64,000 bases of DNA from the NCBI GenBank assembly GCA_963733675.1, contig CAVTET010000004.1, forward strand, positions 512,001 to 576,000, read 5' to 3'. Positions 35,579 to 47,372 of the stretch are shown in pieces (the stretch's first letter is position 1; each line of letters begins with the position of its first letter). The DNA comes from an uncultured Methanosarcinaceae archaeon (lineage in GTDB: Archaea; Halobacteriota; Methanosarcinia; Methanosarcinales; Methanosarcinaceae). The notes beneath the pieces were generated by a model that did no database searches, was not told the origin of the DNA, and saw only the letters and a program-made list of their open reading frames with translations. Both the position numbers and the translations under genes were made by a program.

Positions 35579-37000
35579 CATTAAAGAAGTCAATATAAAA
35601 GTATATATAAAAATTGATCGAACGTATTCAGTTGCCTGCAGAGCAGGCAACTTTAAATTTCCATTTACTATACCAGATTCGTGACACTAAAGACAACATT
35701 TATTGTAATTTGTACTTCACTAACTAGTAGTCGATAATTCCAAAAGCAGATCTACTTCTTTTAATCCATTAAACGATGATATTCGACATAACTAACTGTA
35801 TTCTGCTTCAGTAAATGGAATAATGACTCCTTAAAAATCCCCTCTAGATTGGTCTTATAAGGTTAAATTCGAATCTAAAAACTCGAGTCTACAAGCTTAA
35901 TTAAAAGTTATTTGCATCTCATAAATAAGAGGATTTCTACAGAGCCAAAAGATATAAAGGAATGATTCGAAATAAGATCTTTTCATTTTAGATGCTTCAT
36001 TTTCTTCCTGATTTCTCTGATTTTCAATATAGTTTTGAAAGTTCGTCGGGAGTTGTAACATTGCCAACGATTCAAATGCAACTTCAATCACCACACAGTT
36101 CGCTATTAATAACTGTTTTTCAATCTCATATTATTTTTTAAAGATCTTCCTTGCTTGATACTTTTTATAATCTACCTTACTCTTGAAGGGGGATATTTTA
36201 ATCCAGCACAAACGTAAAAATGTACATGACCAACATCATTAAAAATTGCATAGACTCAAAAAAATATATTACCAATTTCAAAGCATATAAACTTCAATAG
36301 TTGATGATGTCATTGTCTAGAAGAAATTTTTTATGATACAACATATCGAAAACCATTTGATATCCTATTTAATAGGCACGATGATTTGTATGATTTATTC
36401 CATTTTAGAGCACAAAAATAGTTTAAATATGAATCCGTGATTTAATAAAGGTTCTCTGAAAAGTTTCTATCTCCGCAGCAAGCTTCTGGATATTCAACTG
36501 GAACCAAGATGGGAGAATAGAGTTATCAAAATAGTATGTGTCAAGTGAAAATGAATTATGACACATGAAAAATGAGTCAAGGTTACAACTTTAAGATACA
36601 AACTTCCAGTAAAATTATTCCTGAATTATGAATAAAATTCAACTAAGAAAGAAATCTAACGCTTCAAGTCAATTAATAGATACATAAACTCTAAAAATAT
36701 AATCAAAAAAATCACAACGTGGTTTATTGGCGACTATACATAATTTCTACGTCATAACCCTACAACATTGAATTTTTTAGAGAAATTTATAAAAAAATAA
36801 GATTGAGAGATATGAACCAAGTTTTTTCGTGTCACTATTGAAGGAAAAATATAATTAATAAGAGGAATCATTCTAAGCTACAACAAATCAAACCTGCCGA
36901 AAATTGAGCATCTGAAGTAATTAAAAGTTAGACAGGTCAATGAAATCGCAGCACAACTATAAGGAACAGCTAGAGATGATATATTTAAATACTTCAACCC

Positions 37001-38245
37001 TCAAGAAAACATTTTGCTAAAAATTGATGCTTTAAAATCTACCAGGAGCTTGAGCCTGTAATCCTCAAGAAGCACCTTGCGAGTGTTTTCTAGGGGAACG
37101 CTGAGAGAAATCTCTTTTGTCCGGCCATAACGACCTTTGCTTACGACCACTGCGTTGACTATTCCCAGCATATCAAGTTCAGACATCAGGTCAGTAACCC
37201 TGCGTTGTGTAAGGATATCTACGTCAATGTGATGACAGAGTTGGCGATATACATTATACATTTCTCCTGTTGTAACATTTTTACCCTCTCGGCCTCGATT
37301 TCGCAGCAAGATAATACTATATAGCACGAGTTTAGACTGCGTGGGGAGAGTCCTTACGACTTCCACTACACGATCGATTTCAATCTTTTCCTGAGCACGT
37401 CTGACATGCTCTTCAAGAACCTTGGGCTGGTCTTCCCTTTCTGCAATTTCCCCTGACACACGTAAAAGGTCCAGTGCGCGACGAGCATCACCGTGTTCCT
37501 GGGCTGCAAAAGCAGCACATAGTGGAATTACCATCTCGCCCAGTACACCATCATTGTAAGCCATTTTTGCCCTTTGTTTCAAGATGTCACTGATTTGCTC
37601 AGCATCATAAGGAGGAAAAATTAATTCCTCCTCACCCAGGGAACTTTTAACCCTTGGATCCAGAAACTCAGTGAATTTTAGATCGTTTGAGACCCCGATC
37701 ATACTCACCTTGGCTTTCTGCAAATCTGTATTAATTCTGGAAAGGTTATAGAGGACATCATCACCTTTTTTGATCAGCTTGTCGATCTCATCCAGAATTA
37801 TGATAACAACCTGCTCTCTGTAATCAATTGCTTCCTTAAACTTAGTGAAGACCTGATCAGTTGGCCAGCCAGTCATAGGAACATCTTCTTCGAACTGTCT
37901 AGCAAGATTGGCAAGTAGTCGATATTGAGTATCAATAACTTCGCAATTGATGTACACAACAGAGCAAAAAATTGATTTATCTTCACTTACCCTCTCAAGT
38001 TCCTTTCCCACATAGCGAGTAACAGCGGTCTTCCCTGTCCCTGTTTTACCATAGATCAGCACATTAGAAGGTGTTTCACCCCTTAGTGCAGAAACCAGTA
38101 TCGTTGCAAGGCCATTGATCTGCTCATTCCGGTGTAATAAAAGGTCAGGCGTGTAGGAAGGCCGAAGAACTTCTTTATTTTTAAAAATTGATTTCCCGTC
38201 AAGCAATTTTTCGAATAAGCCATCTAAAGATTGAGTTTTTATCAT
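37001..38245 (-). CDS. cdc6: Orc1/Cdc6 replication initiator
   Basis: Walker A GKTGTGKT, Walker B ILDEID, GDARRALDLLR, winged-helix C-terminus GRYGRTKEI. Confidence 0.96.
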   Translation of the reverse strand: MIKTQSLDGLFEKLLDGKSIFKNKEVLRPSYTPDLLLHRNEQINGLATILVSALRGETPSNVLIYGKTGTGKTAVTRYVGKELERVSEDKSIFCSVVYINCEVIDTQYRLLANLARQFEEDVPMTGWPTDQVFTKFKEAIDYREQVVIIILDEIDKLIKKGDDVLYNLSRINTDLQKAKVSMIGVSNDLKFTEFLDPRVKSSLGEEELIFPPYDAEQISDILKQRAKMAYNDGVLGEMVIPLCAAFAAQEHGDARRALDLLRVSGEIAEREDQPKVLEEHVRRAQEKIEIDRVVEVVRTLPTQSKLVLYSIILLRNRGREGKNVTTGEMYNVYRQLCHHIDVDILTQRRVTDLMSELDMLGIVNAVVVSKGRYGRTKEISLSVPLENTRKVLLEDYRLKLLVDFKASIFSKMFS

Positions 38246-38330
38246 GAACGACCCTCTAAAGGTTAATGAAATAAGAGACCTAATGAATTAAGACAATTGA
38301 TTTAAATTTGATATTTATAATGTAATCCAT

Positions 38331-38459
38331 TTTCTGCAGATGTACACAAGAATGCCATTCATTTTCTCAATATGATAGCAGTTTAAAATTAATCTAACTT
38401 CCAATGAATAATAATCTGGAACATACAAACAAATTTATACATTTAAATATACAGCAGAA
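38331..38459. mobile_element. MITE-like family A, copy 5 (upstream of cdc6)
   Basis: TTTCTGCAGATGTACACAAGAATGCCAT...TTCCAATGAATAATAAT. Confidence 0.7.
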
Positions 38460-39264
38460 TGTAAAATGTAAATAACTTATATTGAATTTTAATTAACAAT
38501 TGCCATCACAAGTTTAATTAATTGAAAATCTTGTTTAGAATTTCTTGTTTATGGGATAGGGGACTCTTCATATATTTAGGTCGATATACAGCTACTATTA
38601 ATATGTTTATTAATACATTATTTATTTGGAAAGGTATACTATCATATTTTTCAGACTCTCAGCTGCAGAATGAACCTACAAATTTTAATTTCAAATTTGC
38701 AGGATTTTTGGAAATCAAATTTCCTACAAAGATAATCTTTAAATAAATATCTTTAAACTTTACCTGCTTCCCGAAGCCATGTAAAGTCCCTTCAGACTGC
38801 CATGAATCCATAGCTATAGAATGTACTTCTTTACATAACTTTTTGTTCAAATATTTTTAGACGATGAAAATCAAATTTTTCGACAATCTAAAGTTATAGT
38901 AGCTGGGGGGATTTTGCTAAACCTCTGATTTTCACGAATTAATTATATATTATTCATAAATATATGACAAAATTGAGGAGGTTATCTAAATTCTCCTAGA
39001 ATAATACAATAGCTTTTTCTGCATGACTTTCCAATAGTTAATTTGCCACACATGGTTACTTAAAATTCATATAGTTATAACATTAGAATATATATAGGGA
39101 TGAAATGTTATACACCTTAAAGCGCTACCAGGACTTGATAAAACCCGTATTACATATTTTCTTTTATCAAATCTTTAGATGAAACTGATATATCAGCTCA
39201 TAATTTTAATCTATAATTGCAGTAGATGCAATGGAAGTACACCGTATTAATAGTTATGGTAATG

Positions 39265-39287
39265 ACCCGTCTATTTCCACTGGAAAG
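39265..39287 (-). promoter_or_regulatory. ORB-like origin recognition box
   Basis: Minus strand CTTTCCAGTGGAAATAGACGGGT matches the ORB core TTCCAGTGGAAA plus G-string; upstream of cdc6. Confidence 0.6.
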
Positions 39288-41049
39288 CACCTTTGATTTA
39301 AAAAATTACTAAATAATCACACTCTAGAGAGAAGTAGACATATAAAATAATGGATCGTAATTCCAAAAATATTGAAAATCTAATTTAAACCTACATTTCT
39401 AATGGAAATGAATATAACATTTTTCGGTTTTATTACTCCGATTCAAAGAATAAAATTTTTTACCGAAACTATAGCTGATTTTACATAGCTCAATTTCTTT
39501 ATTTAGATTTAAAGATTTTGAGTCTTTTCTATATTATTTAGTTATTGCAGCCAATTGCTAGTGTAACTAATGGTAAATTTTTACGATCCCCGAAGATACT
39601 AACAAGTCTCAAGATTCAACACTTTATCTAGACAATCAACGTTCCGAAGGAAAATTATGTAGTCACTCACAAGGCAGTTACCTGAATAGGTACGAACCCC
39701 CTATTCCATCCATCACAGATTGACAGTTACCTTTTCCCTAAGTTCCTATGTCCTTTGTACCATCGATTTCTTCACATATTTCCCCTTTTTGGATTAAAAA
39801 GAGACAAATCGGGCTTACCAAGTGTGATATCATAAATAATTGTACGTGCCTCAGATACTATCTATATATAAGGAGGCTTCTACCCATTTGCTGCAGTGAG
39901 TAACGAACCAGACAGCTATTTTTCCTACCTACTTGTCCAAGAACTTAATTCCGATTTCGATTATTCAACTTAAGAGCCTTATCAAATTTTAAAAAATTTT
40001 CCTTCATGATATTTTCATCATGTCAAATAATCCGAATTAGACTTCTAAATTTTTCTACGCTGTCATATGAGCTTGAAATATCAGCATCAATGCCAATGCA
40101 CTTTAAAGTAGGATTACTACAAATGGGAAAAGTGACACACAAGCAATTCATAGTATAATTTATTGGCAACCCATTAAATATTTGATTTTTATGATTAAAT
40201 GTCCATCTTGATAAATGCTTTCGTTTTCACGAGTTGGAACATGTCTGCTCTAACCTCACATAAGTGCGGAATATTTAGAATAAATTAAACTATTTTTATT
40301 GCAACTTTAATATATTGTGTAGCTAGTTTCTAATATTATTCAGATAACTTGAAAATAAAGAGTATTACTTGAGTTTTTTAAATCTTAATTGAATACAACA
40401 GGTATTTTAAACATAATGATTACTTCAGCTTCAGGCTTGCCTCAGAAAACTTTTTTGTTAAAATATATGGGCTCAAAAATAATACGAAGAGATTTCAATC
40501 AATTGAGAAATCAATTTTTGTAAATTGATCTACAACTGACTGCAGAAGTTTGTATTATTCGTTGAGACCAAAATCAGTAAAATTTTTCACGAGTAAAAAT
40601 TAATGTTAATATATTAAAAGGTCTCCAATGCTCAAATGCATAGGAGTTCATCGAAATTCTCTTGAATTTTTTCTTTGCAATCATCACTGTACTTATTCAT
40701 TTCTGTTAGAAACTGATTTATCTCTATAGCTCATCGCTGTTTATCTTCTCTTCAATCCCATTAAGCTCTCTGAAATGAGATTACAAAAAGTGTAAACATA
40801 TTAATAAATGACGCAGGCTTTTCACCCTCACGAACTGCTATTCCTTTAGAGTCGGAAGAAATTCCATAGCTTTCATTGTTTTAGACCCCCTTTTTGGATG
40901 AGAAAGATAACATTTGTATTTGCCATTGGAAGCTACATGGAGTTAATACCCTTCTCGCTTAATTTTCATACCTACTTCATCACAATAGACAATATACTAA
41001 AATATCAACTGTTCCCTTATCATATTTTCAAATTATTCTAAATTCCAAA

Positions 41050-41684
41050 TAAACTATCTTCCTGCTATAATTATGATAGCATAACATATGTTTGTTCACA
41101 CAAAATCATTAAAAAATTCATATAATATTTCATAGAACATAAACTAGTAGTTTTTGCAGTAATTTCTGAAGCTAAAATATTTGAACCAAACTGGATTGGA
41201 TATTTTATTGATTCAGGAAAAACAGCTTTATTTAATCCTACACTGTAAGGAAGATTCTTCATCTGGCTTCGATATTATGTGAAAATAAGATTTCGGTGAA
41301 ATATCTAAAACTTCGTCTTTTCCCATAAGCTTCAATTTCAACATCCTTACAAAAATATCCGTATTCTCCGCATTCATTCAAAGAACGATATATTAGCCAA
41401 TTAGAATCATTAACCATTTCAAAAGTCATTTTTGGATGAACTTCTTAACCTCAAGATATCCAGTCACACTTTTTGTAGCAACTCTTGGAATTAGGATTCT
41501 TTTTGACAAAAAAAATAAGTCGAAGAAGATTTGCTACTGTTATAAATGTTATGATTTTAAGCAAGATTTTTATAAGAGAAATCCTCAGTGATTTCTTCAA
41601 TTTGAGATTCAAGACTTTCATATAAGAAATAACCTTATTGTCTGAAGCACACATAGCAAGAATCTCTTCATGGTTCATCAGCAA
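41050..41684 (-). pseudogene. Decayed IS66-family transposase, N-terminal part
   Basis: MLMNHEEILAMCAS..., KKNPNSKS, LNKAVFPESIKYPIQFGSNILAS fragments. Confidence 0.65.
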
Positions 41685-41950
41685 AAAAAATAAATCATTT
41701 TACATCCAATTTTTCATCGTTCCGATGAAAAATTTTATAGTCCCTTATAGGCTATTTAATAGTTACGAAATTACTTTAAATTAATTATAAAATAATTAGT
41801 TTTGCATCAAAATATATTTTCACAGCAAAAGGTTCAAAGATGAAATAGCACTGTAGATGAGATTTACTATTAGCCATAATGTCTTAAAAATCCCATATGG
41901 CACAAAAATTAAGTACAAGGATTAATCTATAAGTAAAAGCTTAAATGTGC

Positions 41951-42023
41951 AGTCCTGTAGGGTAGTGGTCAATCCTTCGGGCCTTTGGAGCCCGGGACAG
42001 CGGTTCGAATCCGCTCAGGACTA
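41951..42023 (+). tRNA. tRNA-Gln(TTG)
   Basis: AGTCCTGTAGGGTAGTGG...CGGGC-CT-TTG-GA-GCCCG...GGTTCGAATCC..CAGGACTA; A1-U72 pair typical of archaeal tRNA-Gln. Confidence 0.95.
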
Positions 42024-42039
42024 TAAAAATATTTATGGC

Positions 42040-42850
42040 AGCCAGAATCAAATATTATTTCTCAATTATTGTTTGCGCTATTGTCACTGTGTAAAAGTAG
42101 GGAATAGCGAGAAACCTTTTTTTCTCAAAATATATTAACTGTCTGAATATATTCAACCAAAAATGTATTCTTTCCACTACCAACCTTCTTGCCCACAATA
42201 TGATACCTCTTTTTTTCTTATGTTTTCTCTCTACGTCTCCGAATATGAGCAGCATGTCCAGAATCGTCAACCAATTATCTAATATCATGAAAATCTTATC
42301 CTTGTTCATACATATATTCTAAATTATGACATCCTTATGAGATTTTTCAACTATTATGGCATTAAGAGTTCCTTAAAAATATTTTATCATGAAGATTGGC
42401 TCCATCCAACAGAACAGAAAGTGGAATGCTTTTACTATCTGTTAACATCTTCTTTTTTGTGGCTTTTTTGCCACGATTAGTGGAATCAGCTCCTTTTCCA
42501 GTTCCACCTAATGGTACTTTTGCCATGCTATATCACTTGCTTGTCATTCCCACTATAATCCTTTGTCATTATCATCTCATTAAGACCAGCTTTACACATG
42601 TTATCAAATAATCCTGATCTTTATCATTCCTGAAATCTATCATGTATGGTACTTGGAGCTCCATAAATCACGCTTTCCATTGGCAGCCAGTAAAGAACCA
42701 GAAAAAGTGGTTTTTTTCAAGACGATCTCAATAGATCAAAAGATGGCAATTTTAAAAAATAGAACTCAAAATGATTTTCAGAAACGTACTTTCCTACCAA
42801 GAAATTGTTTGACTAGATAAAATGTCAGTCGCTTGTATCTCCATAACATA
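42040..42850 (-). pseudogene. Decayed IS5-family (IS1031/IS427-like) transposase next to tRNA-Gln
   Basis: Fragments TGCQWKA, GAPSTIHDRFQE, KVPLGG..NRGKK..GANLHD, RLVVERIHFWLN. Confidence 0.72.
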
Positions 42851-43351
42851 CATAATTCTAAAAATATATTTCCTGGCAAATGCAGGAAGTAAATATGAAA
42901 CAAAATAAATATATGACTGAAATTATTATCCTCTAAAGGAATTCTTATCATTGGGATTCTTGATCTAAGATAGTTACTTGCAGATTAAAGATAATTTGTA
43001 GAAGATGATGCAGCACTGAATAAAACATTCGGGCCTTCTTGATGGTTATAATTTGATCCATCCAGTAAAGTAATCATAAGACAAAATTATGACATTAACG
43101 ATACAATATAATTCAGAATGTACAGACAATAAACCGACTGTGGCCACACTATAGGGGGTCAGTTTTCATTGTCAGAATCAACGACTTCATCAACTTCAGT
43201 AAGTATCTCGATTTTATTTCAACTGATAAAAATAGTCTCACAACTGGCGAGATTCATAGATACTTAATTAAGGCATAGAGCTATGTATTCTAAAAAATAC
43301 TAGCATACATATATATCCAAGTGTTAATTCAGATGTAATTATGGAGAAAAT

Positions 43352-44029
43352 ATGCAAGAAACCGAAACCAAACCAATAAAAATTCTGGGAATATCGGGAA
43401 GTCCCAGAAATATGGCAACTGACTTTTTGGTTCAGGAAGCTTTACAGATCACAAAACAAAAATATGGTGCAGAAACAGATTACTTTTCCTCCAAAGGAAA
43501 GAAGCTGAACTTTTGCATTCATTGCGATTTTTGTGTAAGGACAAAAGAAGGCTGTGTTCATAAGGATGACATTTCTGCCGAGCTGTACGACAAAATGATC
43601 TGGGCAGATGCCTGGATTATAGGGACTCCTGTATATCAGGGAACAGTTAGTGCACAAACAAAAACGATCATGGATCGCTGTAGAGCTATTGTTGCCAGAG
43701 ACCAGAAAATCTTTTTAAACAAAGTCGGGATGGGAATCGCAGATGGTGGAGACCGAATAGGCGGGCAGGAACCAGCCATCCAGACCATTCTAAACTTTTA
43801 TGTAATCAATGAAATGATCCCTATTGGAGGTGGCTCCTTCGGAGCAAATCTGGGAGGAACATTCTGGTCAAAGGATAACGGAGCAGAAGGGGTTTCCGAA
43901 GATTTGGAAGGCATGAAAAGCCTTAGAAAAACCCTGACGAAACTTATCCAGACAACTCATATGGTAAAAAAGGCTGCAGAAAACTCAATCTCAGAAACCC
44001 AAATTGTTGAGAAGGAGGACAAGAAGTAA
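43352..44029 (+). CDS. Iron-sulfur flavoprotein (Isf, flavodoxin-like FMN reductase family)
   Basis: ISGSPR, CIHCDFC-x6-C cluster motif, GTPVY, GGQE. Confidence 0.9.
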   Translation: MQETETKPIKILGISGSPRNMATDFLVQEALQITKQKYGAETDYFSSKGKKLNFCIHCDFCVRTKEGCVHKDDISAELYDKMIWADAWIIGTPVYQGTVSAQTKTIMDRCRAIVARDQKIFLNKVGMGIADGGDRIGGQEPAIQTILNFYVINEMIPIGGGSFGANLGGTFWSKDNGAEGVSEDLEGMKSLRKTLTKLIQTTHMVKKAAENSISETQIVEKEDKK

Positions 44030-44576
44030 ATCTAAGAGAGGTTCAAAGGATCTTTGAGTTTCAGAAATGGGATTAAAATCGAATTAATCAGGATCCTAAG
44101 TCAATTCAAAGTTCAGATTTAAACTTTCAAATGAGTGAGTTATTTTGGTCGAAAAGATAACAAAAAAATCAAGCGCATAGAAGAGGAAACTATAAGTTAA
44201 GAGGACCAGATGATTGGGGTGCATAGCATTCTGATGGATATTAAGAGCTAAACAGGTATTGAAGAGATGGTTTTCCTGTAAAAGAAGGCGAAAAAGTGAT
44301 GAAATTGTATCGTCTATTGGACAAAAGCCTGATGAACTTTGAGACTCATATTACTTTTCTAAAAATTGAATAAAAAGTATATTTTTGCTAATTTTGAAAA
44401 TAGCAATACTTAATTGTAACAAAAATAGGTGACATTCGAGATAGTATATAATAACATACTATACATTCATAATTTTTATTAAATTAACTAAAATAATTTA
44501 ACCGAAAGAATACTTGTTGTCACATTCCCAAATACTTATTAATACATCTGCACATACAATGAGCAGGGTGAATAGC

Positions 44577-44861
44577 TTGTTATCTAAAATACCTGTAGAC
44601 CTTCAGGACATATCCGACGAAAATATTGACAAAGAAATCCTAAGAGTAGCGATTATCGCAGAGCTTGATGCCATAAACCTTTACGAGCAGATGGCCAGCC
44701 TGACTAAAAAAAGGGATATCAAAACAATCCTCATGGATGTTGCAAAGGAAGAAAAAACACATGTTGGAGAATTTCAGGCACTTTTACTTCGATTTGACAC
44801 TCAGCAAAAAAAAGAACTTGAAGCTGGGGCTGAAGAGGTGGAGGAGGAATTATCCAAATAA
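44577..44861 (+). CDS. Small ferritin-like protein (EncFtn/rubrerythrin-like half bundle)
   Basis: AELDAINLYEQ...EEKTHVGEF; TTG start chosen after GGTGA RBS (ORF is open from 44514). Confidence 0.85.
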   Translation: MLSKIPVDLQDISDENIDKEILRVAIIAELDAINLYEQMASLTKKRDIKTILMDVAKEEKTHVGEFQALLLRFDTQQKKELEAGAEEVEEELSK

Positions 44862-44927
44862 TTCCTATAACTCGAATTCCGAAATTTTCTTGGATGATTT
44901 GCGAAAAAACTCGATTATTAGTCCTAT

Positions 44928-45077
44928 TTTGCTGTAGTTCAGAATGACTACTTTATTTTTTTACAACTTTTCCTCAAGAGTTTACAAGAAAAAATTTCAT
45001 CCGCACATCTCATATTCCATTTTTTGCAATCGCCTCTAAAGAATTCGATATTAGAGAGTCCTGAAGTAGAAATTATG
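44928..45077. repeat. Dispersed ~155-bp non-coding repeat, copy 2
   Basis: Colinear with 5316-5468. Confidence 0.6.
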
Positions 45078-45612
45078 CATAGTCTCCACTAAATAATTGT
45101 ATAATTTTTTTGAGTGTTTTTTTGAATATATTTTTGAGTTTACTCATCTATTAAAAAAGCACAAAAAGCTAGATTTTTTTCCAGATTGAATTTCATTAAG
45201 CAATTCAAAAGTAATTTCACTTGAATATTTTATGATGTCTCAATTCCATCTGTTACTAGTATAATAATATCCTGACTGAGTACTTATTTCATTTGATATG
45301 CTGTAATCTCAAAAACCTACTTTAACACATTAAAATGTCATGCATTATAGATTGTTTTAGAAAAATAATATCCTCGCAAAGGATAACTTGGAACATGTTA
45401 ACATCTTAAAATAATTTTGTATTTCAGATACAATTTCTATGTTTGAGCCTTATGCGCCAATAAAATTGGTCAGAAAAAAATCTTTTTTTTGATAAGATAT
45501 TTTTCAGGCCATATCATAAGTATACAGATTTATTTCTGTGAATATGAATAATGAATGTAAAAAATATAATCAACTCATTTACATTAGTGTTTAGGTTAAC
45601 AAAACATATATA

Positions 45613-45641
45613 GTAATACTTACAATGAGTTAAAGTATTAT
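45613..45641. promoter_or_regulatory. Candidate NikR operator
   Basis: GTAATAC-N15-GTATTAT (perfect TAATACTT/AAGTATTA inverted repeat) adjacent to a TATA-like element, 33 bp before nikR. Confidence 0.45.
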
Positions 45642-45674
45642 TTTATAGATAAATCTAGATCACTTGGTGGTACG

Positions 45675-46097
45675 ATGGAAACAGAACTTATGAGGATAGG
45701 GGTTTCCCTTCCTGATACCCTTCTAAGTAAATTTGATGAAATCATCGGAAAAAGAGGTTATTCTTCCCGTTCAGAAGGCATACGCGACGCCATCAGAAGT
45801 TATATTTCCTACTACGAGTGGATGGGTGATATTAAAGGGCATCGTATAGGAACCGTTGCAGTTATTTACGACCATACAAAAAGAGGTCTTTCAAATGCCC
45901 TTGCAGATATCCAGCACCACTACTCTAAACTAATAAAGTCCTCAGTGCATATTCACCTCGATCATGACAATTGTTTTGAAGTAATCGTTCTGGAAGGGGA
46001 CGGCGAAGAAATCAAAGAGCTTTCAGAAGCCATAATGGCCCTTAAAGGGGTAAAATTCTCAAAACTCACAACTGTACCATCAAATGAAAAAATTTGA
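45675..46097 (+). CDS. nikR: Nickel-responsive transcriptional regulator
   Basis: RIGVSLP, GYSSRSE.IRDAIR ribbon-helix-helix; HxHLDHDNCxE nickel site. Confidence 0.95.
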   Translation: METELMRIGVSLPDTLLSKFDEIIGKRGYSSRSEGIRDAIRSYISYYEWMGDIKGHRIGTVAVIYDHTKRGLSNALADIQHHYSKLIKSSVHIHLDHDNCFEVIVLEGDGEEIKELSEAIMALKGVKFSKLTTVPSNEKI

Positions 46098-46890
46098 CCA
46101 TCAAGATAATTGTGCGAATCAATAATTCAGAGACGCTTTGATACCTTGTGGGATCCTGAAATTAACATTAATTCTACTAACGATTGATTGTAATAGGTGA
46201 AAAATAAAAAATATAGGAAGTCTCATAATTCAGAGTATTGAAAATTCAAGCATGAGAAATAGAACAAAATTTTCCGTTTGCCCCGATTCAAGACCCAAAA
46301 GAACACTTTTCAACATATTTCAAGGATAACCTCCAGAATCTGTGAAATCGTAGCTCTGAAATTTTGTCCGATTCACAAGTTCACCATATTTTTTGAGATT
46401 TTAAGTGGTAGTAAAGTACATATGGTTCTGGTTTATAACTTCCACAAGGAAACATATGCATAGGCGCTGAATTTTGAGAATGGAGCGTATTTCCAAGTTA
46501 TTGAACAAGAACCATCAATATTAATAATTTTTTTAAATTAGATATAAATAGTCACTTTCCCACCATTATTGAGTTTTTTGGATTCTTTTGTTTCCGAATT
46601 CGATTTTTTATCTTTAGAGAATCATGAGGTTTAATGAAGTTATATCACGTTTGGAATATATCCAAATTTCAGTAATTCACCCAATGCAACCAAAGGTTAT
46701 AATATCTCAACAGCGCTTGATGTAAAGAAATTATTCAAAATCAAATATTTTCATTGGCTTAAATGCCTCTTTTTCCTGTTTTCAATATAATTTTAATGAC
46801 TCGAAAGTCGTACCATCATCAACAGTTCCAATGAAATTAAAAAATATTTTTAAAATCAGGGTAGACAGAACGAAAAAAAAACATTCACCA

Positions 46891-47021
46891 CCTGCAGACG
46901 TACACAGAAGTAGAAATTGTTTGCCTATTTGCTCACTATTATTCATTGAAAAAATATATTAATTTTCAAGCTACTGCCGTATTGAGAAAATAAATGGCGT
47001 TCTTGTGTACATCTGCAGAAA
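46891..47021. mobile_element. MITE-like family A, copy 6 (just downstream of the echF stop)
   Basis: CTGCAGACGTACACA...TGTGTACATCTGCAG. Confidence 0.72.
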
Positions 47022-47029
47022 GTGGGCTC

Positions 47030-47359
47030 TTATTTGAGAGCTACCATTTTGATATGCTCTTTAGGACCAGTTTTTGCTCTTTCATTGGATATTACTATAC
47101 ATTCTTTTGGGCAACTGGTAACGCATTCAGTGCACATAATACATCTAAATACATTAAGTTCCCACGTTTTTTCGTCTTTGGTAACTGTTATTGCATCAGG
47201 AGGACATTTCTTTTGACATATCCCGCAATAAATACAGTTTTCAGGACTGAAAATGATTCTCCCCTTAAAACTTTCATAAGGTGTCTTTATATCGAAAGGG
47301 TAAAGCCTGGTAGGAGGTTTACGAGAAACATTTGACAAAACAAGGTTTAACATACCCAT
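47030..47359 (-). CDS. echF: Ech hydrogenase subunit F (2x[4Fe-4S])
   Basis: CIYCGICQKKCP and CIMCTECVTSCP; start set at MGML after GGTGA. Confidence 0.92.
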   Translation of the reverse strand: MGMLNLVLSNVSRKPPTRLYPFDIKTPYESFKGRIIFSPENCIYCGICQKKCPPDAITVTKDEKTWELNVFRCIMCTECVTSCPKECIVISNERAKTGPKEHIKMVALK

Positions 47360-47372
47360 TATATCACCTTTA

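Noticed and set aside
36000-36900. Possible further transposase relic between the array and cdc6
   Set aside because: No motif could be read with confidence
41947-42138. 63-aa ORF
   Set aside because: Overlaps tRNA-Gln
43000-43185. GGGGGTCAGTTTTCA resembling an IS21 end
   Set aside because: Single short motif; no partner end or readable istA/istB
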